Positions 27,643 through 42,400 of a stretch of 64,000 nt of DNA are shown in pieces. Both the position numbers and the translations under genes were made by a program. This DNA is from Chrysomallon squamiferum (Eukaryota > Animalia > Mollusca). A model generated the notes under the pieces. The model ran no database searches. It was not told where the DNA came from and saw only the letters and a program-made list of their open reading frames with translations. Position 1 is the stretch's first letter; the number at the start of each line of letters is the position of its first letter. The stretch lies in the NCBI GenBank assembly GCA_012295275.1, contig CM022679.1, positions 2,728,001 through 2,792,000 of the forward strand. Direction: 5' to 3'.

Positions 27643-27978
27643 TTTAGAAGCGTCGGCGTAAATGATTTAATATATATACATATATATATATAAAACTAAA
27701 CTTAAATTTAGATGGTTCTCCAAAATAATGATGACCGGAATCTAAATTTTCAGACGCCATACCGAATTTGATAAAGTAAGGTGAATTTCAAGTTCAAAAC
27801 TCAGTTTCCGATCGAGAACCTGTTGCAAATTAGATTTACTTTTTGAAAGTCTCAACTGATTTTCGCTGACAACGGTATTTATAAACGTTTGTAAAGCGGA
27901 CATGACGGAGAACGCAAGAAAAATATGGCGTCAGCTTGCTGAAATGGCACGAGTCTGTGTTTCTTTTTAATGAAATTA
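27643..27978 (+). repeat. CpG-rich dispersed element, copy A (upstream of ASPSCR1, between the divergent CCDC33 and ASPSCR1 genes)
   Basis: Colinear with the reverse complement of 49834-50194. Shared blocks include ttagaagcgtcggc, ccaaaataatga, ccataccgaatttgat, caagttcaaaact, ttccgatc.agaacct, ctgacaacg, tttataaacg and acggagaacgc. Confidence 0.9.
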
Positions 27979-28500
27979 CATGTATATTAATTTAAAATTT
28001 GTTATGAATATTTTATTTGAAATGTCGATTAAAATATTGTGCAAGCAACCTCTAGTTTCAGTCTATCACTTTAATACATCAGTAAAGCTGATGTATAACC
28101 TATCGAAAACAGTTTTCAGAATGAATATGACATTTAATGACCTGTTTGATATAATATTTACTAACAATTTTTGTAGTTGTAGTTTAATCTTCTTACAAAG
28201 TAGACGGCGCAATGCAATACAATTATTATTAGTTTCATATCTTATTTATTTGGTTTTGTTATCTATCTATCTATACACATACATACGCACGCACATACAC
28301 ACATATACAAATATCTGTGTGTGTGTGTAACATGAAAGGTATAACAAAAACTGTAATCAACTGTGTACTGAATAAAATAAAATAAAATAAAATAAATAAA
28401 TAAATAAAAATGTTATAGGAGTCTCAGTTACAAGTGTTATTATTATTTTACGTTTTACATGTACCCATCCCTTATTTCCTTATAATATCTTAAGTTTGCT

Positions 28501-28573
<73 letters not shown>

Positions 28574-28858
28574 ATTGGTATTTTTGATTCGTGCCGTGAT
28601 CTTTTTTTAATTTCTTTTCATAATTCGTTCTTGTTCATTTATCACTTTTTCTTTCTTTCTTTCTTTTTTTCTTCATCCTTCTTTTCTTCTATTTTATATT
28701 TATTATTATTTTCTTCCCTTCTTTTCAGTTTATACCCTGAATGATTCATTTCGAAAAGCACAACATGAAATTCTCACGATTGATTCAAGGTAGTTAACTC
28801 TGGGCTAAATATCAAGCTTTATAGTCAAGGTAGTTAACTCTATTAAATATAAATAAAT

Positions 28859-29318
28859 ATGGCTACCGTACAAGTTCTGTGTCCCAATGGAAGAAGGCAA
28901 ACTGTCAAAATTACTCCTAACTCCAAACTTCTTCAGGTATCTTTAAAAATGTAGTTTAATTTATTTACATATTTGGTCTTTTAATCATAAAAAATTATCT
29001 AATTATTAATTATATGTTTCAAATTAAAACAAAAGTTTCTTAACCATGTAAAGTTTGTTTTTTGATTTATCTTTTTTACTTGGCTGGTTTGTTGTAATTT
29101 ATTTAATTTACTTATATAAGTTGATATAAATATTTTATTTATCTTATTAAAATTAATTATTTTATATGAATCTGTATAATTATATCAATTCAAAGGTTTT
29201 AGAAGAAGTTTGTCAGAAGCAAGGATTTCTTCCATCTACTGACTATAAATTGATGTAAGAATTTTTGACACTTCATTAGACGTAGAATTCAGTTTAGAAT
29301 TTTATTTTGTTTGCTGAG

Positions 29319-29381
<63 letters not shown>

Positions 29382-29500
29382 ACAATGGAAAATGAGTAAA
29401 AGATACACAACAGGGAGATACTAATAGAGAAGTTATTTTCATTGGTAATTAGCTGAAATTCTTCTGCAATTTATATAAGAATTATTACAATTCTAAACGT

Positions 29501-29531
<31 letters not shown>

Positions 29532-32078
29532 CTATTTATCAAGTAACTAGTTTATCTTATTTATGCTTTGATGTGTAAGTATGCAACAAAAAATACAAAT
29601 GGTGGTTCTTCTGGAAATTTAGTAAATCTGATGTGTGATAAAGATAAATTTATGTTTTAAAATCTTTTTACCCACTGAGATTTAGCATTTAAAAGATATT
29701 AAATACACATACTGTATTTTAAATGTAAATTGTAACATATTGTTTTTGAAACAAATCTCTGCAATTGTTTCATTTAGGCATGGACGAACAAAAGTTGATT
29801 TAAGTTTGGCATTCCGATATGCAAACTTGTCAAATAATGTCAGGTTGGAGCTGGTAAAGTCAGAGGAGTCAAGAGCAGAAGAGGAAGTTTTAATAGCACT
29901 TCAGCTTGAAAATGGGGAACGATTCCAGTCGAAGTTCTCTCCATCCACTTCACTGTGGGATGTTCTGAAACACTTTGAAAACCAGCCAGATAGGTACTGG
30001 TGTTGTCTGAATTATAATAAAGTTAGGTTAAGACACGATAAGTCGCAATATCAATAACCATTGGGTTGATGATTTATCCATTTTCCCAGTCCATCTTGTA
30101 CCCATAATAGGTTTATCAGATACTTTGTTTATACATCCCTTTGTCTGTGAAAAAAAAACAAAAAAAAGATAAATATTGTGTTTCTGAGTGGCAGTAGCAG
30201 GTTTTGTTCTTAGTCATTGTGGTTGTTCTGAAATGCTTTGTAAAGCAGTCAGACAGGTTATGATGATATGTGCGTCACAAAATAACCACAAACTAAACAG
30301 TTTGTTAACTGCATTATTAAAATATTCCTTCCATTCTGTTATAAATAAATTGTTAAAAAATTAATTATTGTTCATATTGTCATTAATGTGATTTTTTATA
30401 TTTTGAGATTCATTACAGAATAGCATTAAAATAAATTTTAATGTTTTTGAGATTCATTAATAAAGAACGTTAAAATAAAAACATTATTTTTTTCTTCTGT
30501 ATTCACTAATTTTAATGTTTTGAGATGTTAAAACTTTAGTTTTGTTGATTTCTCTGTTTTCAGTGCTTACAGAAATAAACTGACTGTTGTGGACAGTTCG
30601 AAGAAACCTGCTGTACATCCAGTTTGTATTTACATGAGAGAGGAGGTAAAAACTAAGTATATATTTTTATATTTTGGATATTGCCATACATTTTGTAGAA
30701 ATACTTAAAAATAATATTGTGAAGTTTTTAAATTATTTTTCAATATTAAATTTAAAGAAATCTATATGTATATATATATATATCTTTTTATCTTTGTCAT
30801 ATTTTTTTTTTATTTAGTTATTTATTTTGTTAAAGCAGATATTTAAAAACTGCTGAAATTTGTGGGTTGTTATAGAAATATTAATTTGTTCACTGAATAT
30901 TCAGATTGTTGGTCAGATGGCTATACAGATGACATCTTTAAGACATCTTGGACTGACAGGTGGCAAAGCAGTCATTAGGTAATGTTGTAGCAGTCATTTA
31001 GTAACACCATTCATCCATCATTTTAGTAGCAACATTAAAATATTTTTTTCAGTAATAATATCATTCAACCAATCTTTGTAATAATAACATCTATTCATGT
31101 ATTTCAATAACAACACCATTCACTGATTCAGCAGATCATTTCATTAACTCTTACAACCAGTCATTTAATAACACCATTCTGCAAGTCATTTCAGTAAGAG
31201 TACAATTTAACTGGTTCTTTCAGTAATAACACTGTTCAACCAGGCATTTTAGTACCAACATTAATTCTTACATCTCAATTGCAGCACTTTTCATTAGGTC
31301 ATTTAAGAACATGAAGTTATTTAACTACACTGTTCTACCATTTTATATAAGTAATAACACAAATCAACCAAACATGTATGTGACTGTACCATTTATTATT
31401 TAACTAAGTAACAATGTCTTTCATACAACCCTGACAACAACAAAAACCAGTTATTTAAAACAACACTGACAGGGTACAGGAAGAAAAAAGCCAAAATTAT
31501 AATTATTATCTTTTTAGTCAAATGTATTTAGAAAAATAAAACCTTGTACAGTTAGTTAATTGTTTTTACTAGCAGAAGTTTTCTTTCAACATTTTTACTT
31601 GTTTAGACTGGTTTGGCGGGGAGTGGAAGACAGAGATCTCGCAGAAATTATGCATCGCTTGGAGAAAGAGAAAGCCAAGCAGACCCGACTGGAACAGATT
31701 GCCTCACGCAAGTTAGCCGAGGAGAGGAAGAACATTCAGACAGACAGCAGAACGGGCACGAAAAACGAACTGATGCAGGTGGACACACCCAGCTCTGAGT
31801 GTGCGGAGAAGTCGAGGATGGAATGCCAGACGAGTGATAACACGGAGCAGATGGAAATTGAACTTACTGCTAATGCGTGTGCCGTGTCATCGTCTGTGAG
31901 CAGTGAGGCAGCAGTTGGATTCGCCAGCCGAGCAGCCGAGCGCCGCACAGGCAGCCAGAGTCTGAAAAACATCAACATTCCTGCCATGGACATCATAGCC
32001 GCAGAAGAGTTCAGCGACCTCACACCCGAACAGCAGAGAGTGAGAGACCTTTTATAGTCATTGTTACTGTTATTTGTT

Positions 32079-32143
<65 letters not shown>

Positions 32144-34419
32144 TAATATTATTATTACTAATATTATTATTATTGTTATTATTATTATTATTATTATTGT
32201 TACTAATATTATTATTATTATTGTTATTATTATTATAATTATATTATCATTACTACTACTACTAGTTTTAATCATCATTATTGCTGGTTTTTAATTTTAT
32301 TTTTATTATTTTTATTTTTGTCTATTTATTTTTTTATTTTTTTTTTTTTTTATTATTTATTACTCAATTTGTCTGAAATTCTCAGTGAAACACAGCAGAT
32401 TGTCTTCCCATGTTTATTCTTTAAAAAATCATTCAGTTAAGATTTTTTATCAAAACGTTTCTATGGGTGTGTTTTAAATTAACTTTGAATAAACACCCAA
32501 TCACTGTAAGAGTATGTTCAGTAAATCAGATACTGTTTTATCTAGATATTGATACTGATTATCTTTTTTTAAATTTTCTTCACTTTCGTGAATTTTCACA
32601 ACAACCTTTACAATTGGGTCCAAAAATGTTATTTCATCAGTTTAAGATTTTTTTTTTCCATTTTGAACATGCAGTTTACAAATAGTTTAACATGATTTAT
32701 GATAATCTGTCCCCAGATTCCAGACCATGTGCCTGATTCTGTGCCTGAGCTGGAATCAGACTTGCCTGAGACTGCTGAAATGGTACCTTTAATTTATTGT
32801 CCAATAAAACATTTACTATAACCAGAAAAGAAAAATAACTTTTTCCCTCAAATTTACATGATTACCATGCAAGAGATGATGTTTTATGGATGTCATACTT
32901 TAGTACTAGCAAGGACTGTTGCTAAAATATTTAAAACAGTGACTTGAAAATATGTGGATTTTATTTACAATTTAAACTGTATTTAATGAATTGCTACTGT
33001 TTTTCATTTAAAACAAATGTATTTTGTTGACTGATTAATATTCAACTACATTCACAATCTCATTGATCTTTTTATCTCTGACTGAAATTTAATTAATCCT
33101 GTCAAACTTTGTCCTGTTGCTAATGTGTTTAGACAGACAGGTACAAGAGAAACAAAAAATGAAAAACAAGATGTTTTCAGTATTTTAAAAATGTTCAGTA
33201 TAATTTGATGTGGTTTCAGCTTGTTATTTCATTAATTCATGCTGTTCATAATTCTGTGTTAAAACATGATAAGTTTTTTTTATTAATCTTTTCAGGAATC
33301 AGAAGAGGAGGTGAGTGCTTGTCTAACACTCACCCCTGGGGATGGGTTCATGCTTATTTGTTTAGTTGAAAAGACAAGTTTATTTAGTTCTGTTACCGTA
33401 GTGACAGATAAAAATATTGAGCCATCATTTATCCCAGAGAGTTTATTCATACTATTTTGGATTTACCACTTTTATAAAATTATTCAAAACAACTTTTTCT
33501 GTTGTTTTTGATCTTCATTTTTTTTCTCCATTATTAACATTAACAATGTGCAATGTTTATTTTAGATATTTTTTCTTCTTTTGGGAATATATGTAAAAGA
33601 TTTGTTACTTCTAATTGTTGAAAACAGTCGATACAAATGTCATACGTTTCACTTTTTATAAAAAGCATATGAATTTTACAGAGCATTGTTTGCTCATTTA
33701 TTCATTCATCTTTCATTCAGATTGCTCAGAGATTAGCTCAGAGAATTATGCCACATATTGATGGCAGCACGTCACCAAGTCCCTGCAGTTCGCGGCAGAG
33801 CAGTGCCAAGTCAAAATATCAGAGTGAAACACAGCAGTCTCAGTTTGTAGAGTTCAAGGTAATGTTTTTTTTTTTATTATTTACCTTTGAGTTTTATTTA
33901 TTGTAATTTTTATTGTTTCTGTGATGTATTATATTAATTATTATTACAATAAAATAAGATAGTGGGAGATTCACGGGAGTTAAATATATTTTCATTTATA
34001 TTAACACACATGTAATTTAAATATGTATATGAAAGCAATAAAGAGAGAAAGACATACAAGCATGCACACACACATGCACAGACAAACAGACTGATTACAT
34101 TGTTTTTGTTTTTGTTGTCTGGGAATGAGTATATTTATGACTCTAAACCTAAATGAAAAAAACCTGTATATTAATACATGTGTTCATGTGTGTGAAAAAG
34201 AGCAAAAAAACGAATTAAGGTAAAATATTTGGACATTTCTTGTTACTTCACCAGTCATTTTAATTACATAAAATTAGAAACTCTCTTCATCATTATTCTT
34301 GTTTGTTTTAGTTTCCAGAATCAACAAAAGGGAAAACATTGTACTCCAATGAATACACGTAACATTCTTCAATTTTATCCATTTATCTATCTATTTATTT
34401 ATTTATTTATTTATTTATG

Positions 34420-34452
<33 letters not shown>

Positions 34453-37400
34453 TTATAGATTATAATGATTACAGTTATTATTTAATTATGTTAAATAATA
34501 ACAAACAATCAAAAACTTAGTCAGTGTATTAATTAACATATAGGTTGGATATATAATTCACTTTATGAATAATCTGTCGAAATACATGTCCTTTGATTTT
34601 CCATTGCTGTAAATATTTTTCACTTGATTTATTAAAATATGTGGTATGTACTGATCTGTTTATAATGCATATAAAATATCCCTTTTGATGTAGGTTTTGT
34701 AATCATACAAAATACAAAATTATATCTAACATCTAATAACCATTAATATTAAAAAGTGATGAATATTCATTCAGTTTGTTCAGTTGAAAGCAGTTTAATT
34801 TATTAAAAATAAATGTGGTTTGTTTTTATTTTATTTCAGTGATGTCAGCAGGGAAGATTTTAAGGTAGATACATTTTTTTCTTATTATTGTTAATTTAAA
34901 TACTGTTATTAACATTTGCAGGTTATGATAAATATTTACTTTCCATTACACTTAAAATTGTGTGAATATATGGAAAGTTTTATAGTGTAAATAAATAATT
35001 ACAAATAAAAATTTAAAAATGTAAATATCGTCTGTAAATTGCAGAATTAATAATCAGATAATTAGATTATGAAAAAGTTATTTCTATTTAATATATTTGA
35101 CTCAGGTGTATTTTAACTTCAGTGTGAATATTTTTAAAATAAATCCTTTTTATTATTATTGTTATATATTTCATTTTTTATTTATTTATTTATTTTAATG
35201 AAAAGGTTATTTCTATTTAATGTATTTTTTACACTTTAAACTTCAGAGTGAATATTTTTTAGAGATATCCTTATTATTGTTATATTTTATTTTTTATTTT
35301 TTATTATATTATTCCTACTTTTTTTTTTTTTTTTTTTTTTTTTGGTTAAATATTTTGTGTTTTTTTCAATCTTTAATCTTTATACGCAATTCTTCAGTTT
35401 GATTTTTAAAATTTATTTTGATTTTTCAGCCATGTCCAAGAGAGGCAGTGTTGTACAATCTTGATGAACCAATAGCACACACCTCAAGTTCTGATGGTAA
35501 CAACTACAACAACTACAATATAACACATTTGAGTTATCTCATATAGAATAATATTATTATTATTATAACTATTGCTGCTGTTGTTAGAAGTAGAAGAGAT
35601 ATTGGTTTTATTAATAGTATTTTATGAGAGAAATTTGATGAAATGAAAGGTTAAGACTTACAGTAAAACTATAATGTTGCAGCAATATGTATGGTATAGG
35701 GTTGTGTATTTTGATTCAATAGTTACACATTCTTCTTTTTTCTTTGTTTATTTTTACTTTTAACAGAAAGAAAAAATCAGACAAATTCAAAATTGAATAT
35801 TTTATTTCTCACTTTCAGATTTGCCTGATGACTTTTTTGAAGTGACTGAATCAGATCTCAAAAAAATGCTTGTAGACCAGCAAAAGAAAACGTAAATTTA
35901 TATTTTTTTTATTTATCTTTTTTTCTTTGTTTTTTCTTATTCATTCTTATCTTTTTATCATTTGACAAAGGGCTTGTTTTAGAAGGTTATTTTAGCTATC
36001 AGAATTCCAAACTTGTATTAGATGATTTAATAATTTATGCTGACTACAGAGCTTAAATCTATAACCTTGTAAAAGTTTTAATAAATATTTAAATTGAACG
36101 GTTTTGACAAAACAAATATACAAATTAATTTCTCAGATTATGTTCTTAATAAAAAAATTCATATTATCGTTATATGATTTTATTAAAAGTAAATTTATTT
36201 GTAAGCATATGAAATTTATCTATGTGTTGATTATATAACAAGACTTGGATTTCAGAGCAGAAGTGTTAGAAGCTCCTTTGATGACTCAAGCAATGAGACA
36301 GCAAAGACTGGAGGAACATTACGGCAGATACGAGAAAGTGGTCATCAGAGTCCAGTTTCCTGACAGACTTGTTTTACAGGGTCTCTTCAGTCCACGAGAG
36401 CGAGGTACGCTCAACAGATAGTTTTACAAATAACAGAAATTATTAGAAATAAATTCTTTAAGAATTCTTTCAAAATTGATGTAGAATTGTCGAGTGTTAA
36501 TGTTGAAGAGTGAATCAGAAGTTGCATCAAAAATGTTGGGAAGTCTTCTTTTTTTTAATAAATTTTATTTTACTTTGTTTTACTGAGTTATGATAATATG
36601 CAAACATAATAAGATCATCACAGAAGTATTTACAAAAGATGAATAAATAAAAATCAGTAAAATGTGTCATTTTGACATATACGTCGGCAACATGTAAGGG
36701 ACAATATTTCAGATAACATCATTTCTGTTTTGCACTTACATTGTTTTGGTTGATGAAAAGCAGAATGTGAGCTGTGTGTGAACCTCTGACAGTATTTCTC
36801 ATTGTTTGTGGGTTTTAACTGTATATTTATTTGTATTGTTTGTAAGTACACTGCAGTATATTCATGTAGGTTAAGTGGTGAAAATATGGTGTGTTTGAAA
36901 TGTATGTACATTAATTCCTCTTAGGCTTCATTTTGTTATTGGACTTACTAATTATGATTAATGATATATACTCTGTATGTTTTTATTTATTTATTTATTT
37001 TTTTTTTTTTTCAGTTAGTGCAATTTACAAGTTTGTTAAAGAATTTCTTCAAGATAAATCTCTTTCATTTTATCTTTGTAAGTATTTAAATATTTTCATT
37101 AATCTTTTAATAAATACCTCGTGTAAAAATAATTATTTTATTTTATTTTATTTTATTTTATTTTATTTTATTTTATTTTATTTTATTTTATTTTATTTAT
37201 TCTTCAGACACTACTCCACCCAAGTGTGTTCTTAATCAGAAGTCTACAATTATTGAGGTAATTTTTTAGTTTTTTTTAATGAGGTTTAATAATTTATAGT
37301 AATACATCAATGCCCATCTTTTTAATGTTTTTGCTACTATTAGTCACAATTTGACAAAAGTATTTTTATTCCTGTTAATGAAATTGGTGTAATACAGAAT

Positions 37401-37600
37401 GTTGTTAATGCATTCATTGTTTATTTGAAGTGAGAAATAACCTATATATATTTATATATTATTTAAATTAGCATCAGAATTTTAGCACCAGTTTAGCATC
37501 ATGTTGACTTATAGTTTAAATTTTTGAAAATTGATTTCATTTCTTAAACTCTTAATATTAGAAATGTTATATTACCAGTGTACACATATGTCCACATACA

Positions 37601-37641
<41 letters not shown>

Positions 37642-39449
37642 TGTATGGCTAAGATTTTAATATATCTTTGAATTAATATGTTATTTGAAATGTTTTTTTC
37701 ATTACATCAATTATATGATTTACATCTATTTATATTATACTCTTCAACTCAGTATTTTCAAATATATTTCTAGTATTAAAATATTAATATCTTTAATAAA
37801 ATGCCTATCACTTCAATTTAATTGGTATTATTGTTACAGATATTTGTATTAATTTTACTGCGTGACCTTTCAGATTGGTTCCTGATACAACAGTTAATAA
37901 AAAAAGTTTGTTAAGGATCATTAAGCTTTTTTATTCTTTTTGTAAAAGTCTGTTAATTAAATTGTTTAATGGCTTTTTCTCAGGCTAGGTTGGTTCCTGC
38001 TACAATTGTTTACTTTGGTGCTGAACCACACAAAGGTAAGTTTATTTTGAATAGATAGATTTACTCAGGTGTATTTGTAGTTGATCAGATACATAACACA
38101 GATATCCGAAATCTTTTCCTGAGTTTAGACTGAATGAGTAATTTAGTGAAGTATATTTCAGTTGATCAGATAAGTAATAAAAATATCTGAAAATGGTTGC
38201 TAAGTTTATCATGAATTTTAAGATTTAGCAATGTGCATCCACAGGTGATTAAATGAATAATATTAACATGGGAGTAAGAATATCTGTTTTACTAGCTAAC
38301 TCGTTGTCAGTCTAATCATTTAAATACTTTCCCTGTTATTGAAATTATTCAGAGATTATTTTTACTGAAGAGCTAGCTCCCATGACATCTACATCTCTGA
38401 TTTGAGAATGATGTTTGGTCTTCTATTATTTAAAGCATATTCACAGTTAGCATTAGATTATATTTCAGTTTTCTTCTTTCAGATCATTATTTGTCTGAAA
38501 AAGCTAGGTCTCAGACAATGTCAAGAAATGTAGCAGAAAAAGTGGCATTCAGCAGGTAATAAAACACACAGAATGTAAAACCACTGACACTCCCTGACTT
38601 ATGTAGCTGGAAACACTTTGTAATTTAAAATACCTGTCACAGTGTATCACACACACACATTACAGTTTTAATTGTATAATTAAAACAATAAGTTAGGGAA
38701 CTGCAATGTTACTATGGATCTGCGTAAGAAGTATCTGCATGTATCACAGAGTGTAAATACAAATTATGTTTATTTTGTTATTTCCTAATTTGAAATTTAT
38801 CAACTCAAACAGTTACAAATAAATACTCTTCACTGTGATACTGCGGACAAAACTAGCATTTTTGTGTTACAATTTTTCATAGTGATAAATGCTGTTTATT
38901 TTTTTTATATTTAACAAATGAAATATTTATCTTACTTTTTGTATCTCTATTTCAGCCTTCCTAAAACTCACGAATACAGTGCTGCAGATTCTACAAGTGT
39001 TGAGACTCTCCAAGAAATGGGAGACAACTCTAAATATCAGGCCTCAGGCAAAAAACCAAAATGGCTCAAACTTGGTTTGTACATAAACATTTGTAAATTA
39101 AATAATTTCACATATTTTGGTAATGGATTTATACAATTACTATAAAATTAAATATAATTAAATTATATAATATAATATAATTAAAAATAGTGATAATACA
39201 ATAAACTTTATTTTTTTAATGTATTAACAAATAAGTTAAATCTTGAAAATTTGTGGTGTTCAGAATTTTTTTGGTAATATATGTATGTGAAATATCTAAA
39301 TGCTTTTTTAAAAAACAACTCTCATTCAATAATAAAACATTATTACTATTACATTATTTAGTAATTAACAAAACATTTAGGGGATTACACTTAGTTCTTT
39401 ATGTTCTTAGTAATTTTTCATTTTTCTTTATTTTACAGGAAAAAAGTAA
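28859..39449 (+). CDS. ASPSCR1: Tether containing UBX domain for GLUT4 (TUG/UBXD9)
   Basis: Exons 28859-28936, 29196-29254, 29778-29993, 30564-30645, 30905-30978, 31607-32039, (32717-32782), (33296-33310), 33721-33858, 34312-34358, 34840-34864, 35430-35496, 35819-35891, 36256-36404, 37015-37077, 37208-37257, 37984-38035, 38483-38555, 38956-39074, 39439-39449; phases are consistent. Motifs: MATVQVLCPNGRRQTVKITPN (UBL1), FRYANLSNNVRLEL, LRHLGLTGG, LPDDFFEVT, IRVQFPDRLVLQGLF (UBX) and C-terminal PKWLKLGKK. Confidence 0.93.
30968..31460. repeat. Degenerate ~26-30-bp satellite starting at an ASPSCR1 exon donor
   Basis: Recurrent (c)agtcattt(c)agtaa(ta)acaccattcaac-like units, beginning with the exon end gcagtcattag|gtaa. 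Confidence 0.6.
32068..32283. repeat. (ATT)n microsatellite
   Basis: Imperfect ATT run that generates the spurious poly-Ile ORFs; similar runs at 16657-16707, 17073-17200 and 57410-57474. Confidence 0.95.
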
Positions 39450-42400
39450 AGAAACATATCTTCAAAGACATTTTTGTTACCAGAATTGTTTGAGAAAATT
39501 TCCAAAACGTTTTCTTTAGTTAACATTTGGAAAAATAAGTCATACAAATCAGATTTGAATTTATGTTTAGTTGTTATAAATCAACCTGCCACAGAGCTCT
39601 AGTCTGTTGATACAAGACAATATTAATTTATAAACTTTTATTTCCTGCTATAGACAGAGAAATACTGCATTAATCCAGGGAATAATCTACCTATACACAC
39701 ATAACAAAACATTTACAAAATGAAAAGAGATCTACTGTTCAAACATTTACAAACTCTGGCAACCAAATGTCTCCGACAAAAAAAAAAAAAAAAAAAATAT
39801 TATTTTTCTCATTTGTCATTGTTTCATATTTCAACCAAATGAGCAAGACCTATAAATCAAACCATTATTTCAAATGGGAAAGAAAAACAACAAATTAAAT
39901 TTATCTAGATGTAAACGGAATGACAGATGTAGCAGGAAGTGTCATCCATTCTTAGTTATAGTAGTTACAGAAATTACATCATTTTGTTTTTGTTTATGGG
40001 TAAAATGAGGGTGTATTTTCATCACTGATGGAAATGAGATTTATGGACTGGGTATACCAAGGTGTGTGAGGCATACTAAGGGTATACATAGGTTGGGAAG
40101 GAGGTGGTTGATGCTGAAAGTTCTATGAGAATGTGTTGAAAATATGGGGTGTTGCCAGGGGCAGATAATAGAAAAATTACTGAATTATTATTACCTACCC
40201 TAATTTTTCCAATCTATAATGATTTCTAATGCAAGAACATTTTATAAAAAGCTATTTAATTATTTATTAAAGAAAGTTTCTGTTTTTCATGGTTGTTAAG
40301 ATCTCTCATTATACTGTGTGGTTTATGAGACTTGAGTAAATTATTTAAGTATAAATATAATAAAAATAAGTTAATTGCTAGAAATTTGATGAAAGCTGGC
40401 TAATAAACTTCATCAACTAGACATAGGTACAGAAATTAGACATAAACTGGAAACTTAAAAATAAGGGGAACACTGTGCCCTTGTGTACCCACCATTTTCA
40501 CCACTGATATCCATGTTTACACAGCAGAAGTGTGATGTGCTCTGTATTGTTGCTTTATGAAGACCACATTTTTTTTTATTACCATTGTTTATTGTTACTA
40601 TATGCATAATAAAAATAGAAGTTTCTTTTTTATGTCTGGGAATTGGTGTAAAGATCTCCAATTTATAAGCACAATACTGACCTGTCTACCTTAAATCGTA
40701 CTGGATCATCTCATTATCGATCCAAGATGGTCCAGTAATAGGTAACCACAAATACCCATCACTGACAAAGAACCTAATTTAACTGTTAACTTTAAATTCT
40801 TTAAAAGTTGATGTCTTTCAAGCTGTATATGCATGCATGGTTGTGCTGTAAGCACTCAATATGTTCTAGAATGTCTCTGTTTCAGTTTAATAATATTCTG
40901 TGATTGGAACTGTGTTGTTATGAAAATGCATTTTTCAGGGACTGATCTTTTGCTTCTACTGTTTTCCAGTTTAAGACACATTTTAAAATAATTAACTTTG
41001 AGAAATATAAATGTTTCTGATAATGTTTATTTTGTTTCATACTGTTTCCTGCATTTTAAAATAAATCTAACTCAGTAATATATATTTTGGGAAAAAGTTG
41101 TATATTCAATATATCTAATTCAGTAATATATATTTTGGGAAAAAGTTGTATCTTCATTTAATATAATTCTAAAATTTCCAAATTTTTAATGCCATTGTAA
41201 AATAAAACAGTTGTGTAATGTAAATTTACCAACAAATAAAAAAAAAATGTTCTGCTTTGCTTGATTTTGTTTTCTTTTTTCTCTAATACAGATTTTATTT
41301 CAAAACACACTGAGGGCTTACCACCAAAATATGACCTGCAAATAAACCACTTTTGGAGAACATTGCAAAGTTTATATTTTTATACAATTAGTTTTTAAAT
41401 GACGTCATTAGAGATTAATTTTCTATCATTAACTCTTCAATATAAAATCTTATTTCCAACATGTATCATTCAAATAAATAAAAATTCTCAACATTTTATT
41501 TATCATGTTGCGTTAGTCTACTTGTGGCAGTATGAACAAATGGTGTAATAAAATTCTGTCTTATCCAAGTTAAAATTTTATTGTTTTGTACAGTCTGTCA
41601 TCTGTCAAAGTCTAATAATAAAATATTAACATTTTAACACTTCCATTTTATACAATGCATCGAGTTAACTTATATTATCCTGTTGTTTTATTTTAGATGG
41701 ACAACAAAAAAAAAAAAAAGAAACACCTCTTGGAAATATCTAGAAACCTTCCAAATTACCAAAGATACACTTCTGGTGATCTGTCTATGTTACCATAGAG
41801 GAAATCTGCTGATACTACTGCATAGGATATACTTTTCCAATAGCAGCAAAGGATTGTATCTCTTTGGAACTAGAAATAAATCTTTACCAGTTAATAAACA
41901 CAACATCATCAACTTACTAAAATAATTATCTTTATTTTAGCCAAAAAAAAAACCCTTTCAATTTAGACCCCGTAACAAACTGATTAGTGAAACATAAAAT
42001 AACATCAAAAATAATAATGAACCCACAACATATATTAAAATCTAGAGCAACAACAAAGTTCAAAATCAAATATAAACATTATAATAATTAAAAAATTGTC
42101 CATTAAAATAATGTTTCTTTAAAATAGAGTAATAAATATGTGCATTGAATGTCATGGCAATTTCTGAATTAACTTCATGTATTTTGAAGTTGATGAGAAA
42201 AGAATGTCATTTCATTAAGAATAAAATTTATATGAAATACTTTAATCATCTCAAATAATCTGACCACTAGAAATTTTCTCACTGATTAGTGCATTAGCAT
42301 TTGAATTTTACCTACAACAAATTTTTATGAAACATATCAAAAAATAATAATTATGTTTGTCAAGTTGTTCTTCTTTCATTAGTAGCCTTTATTATTTAAT

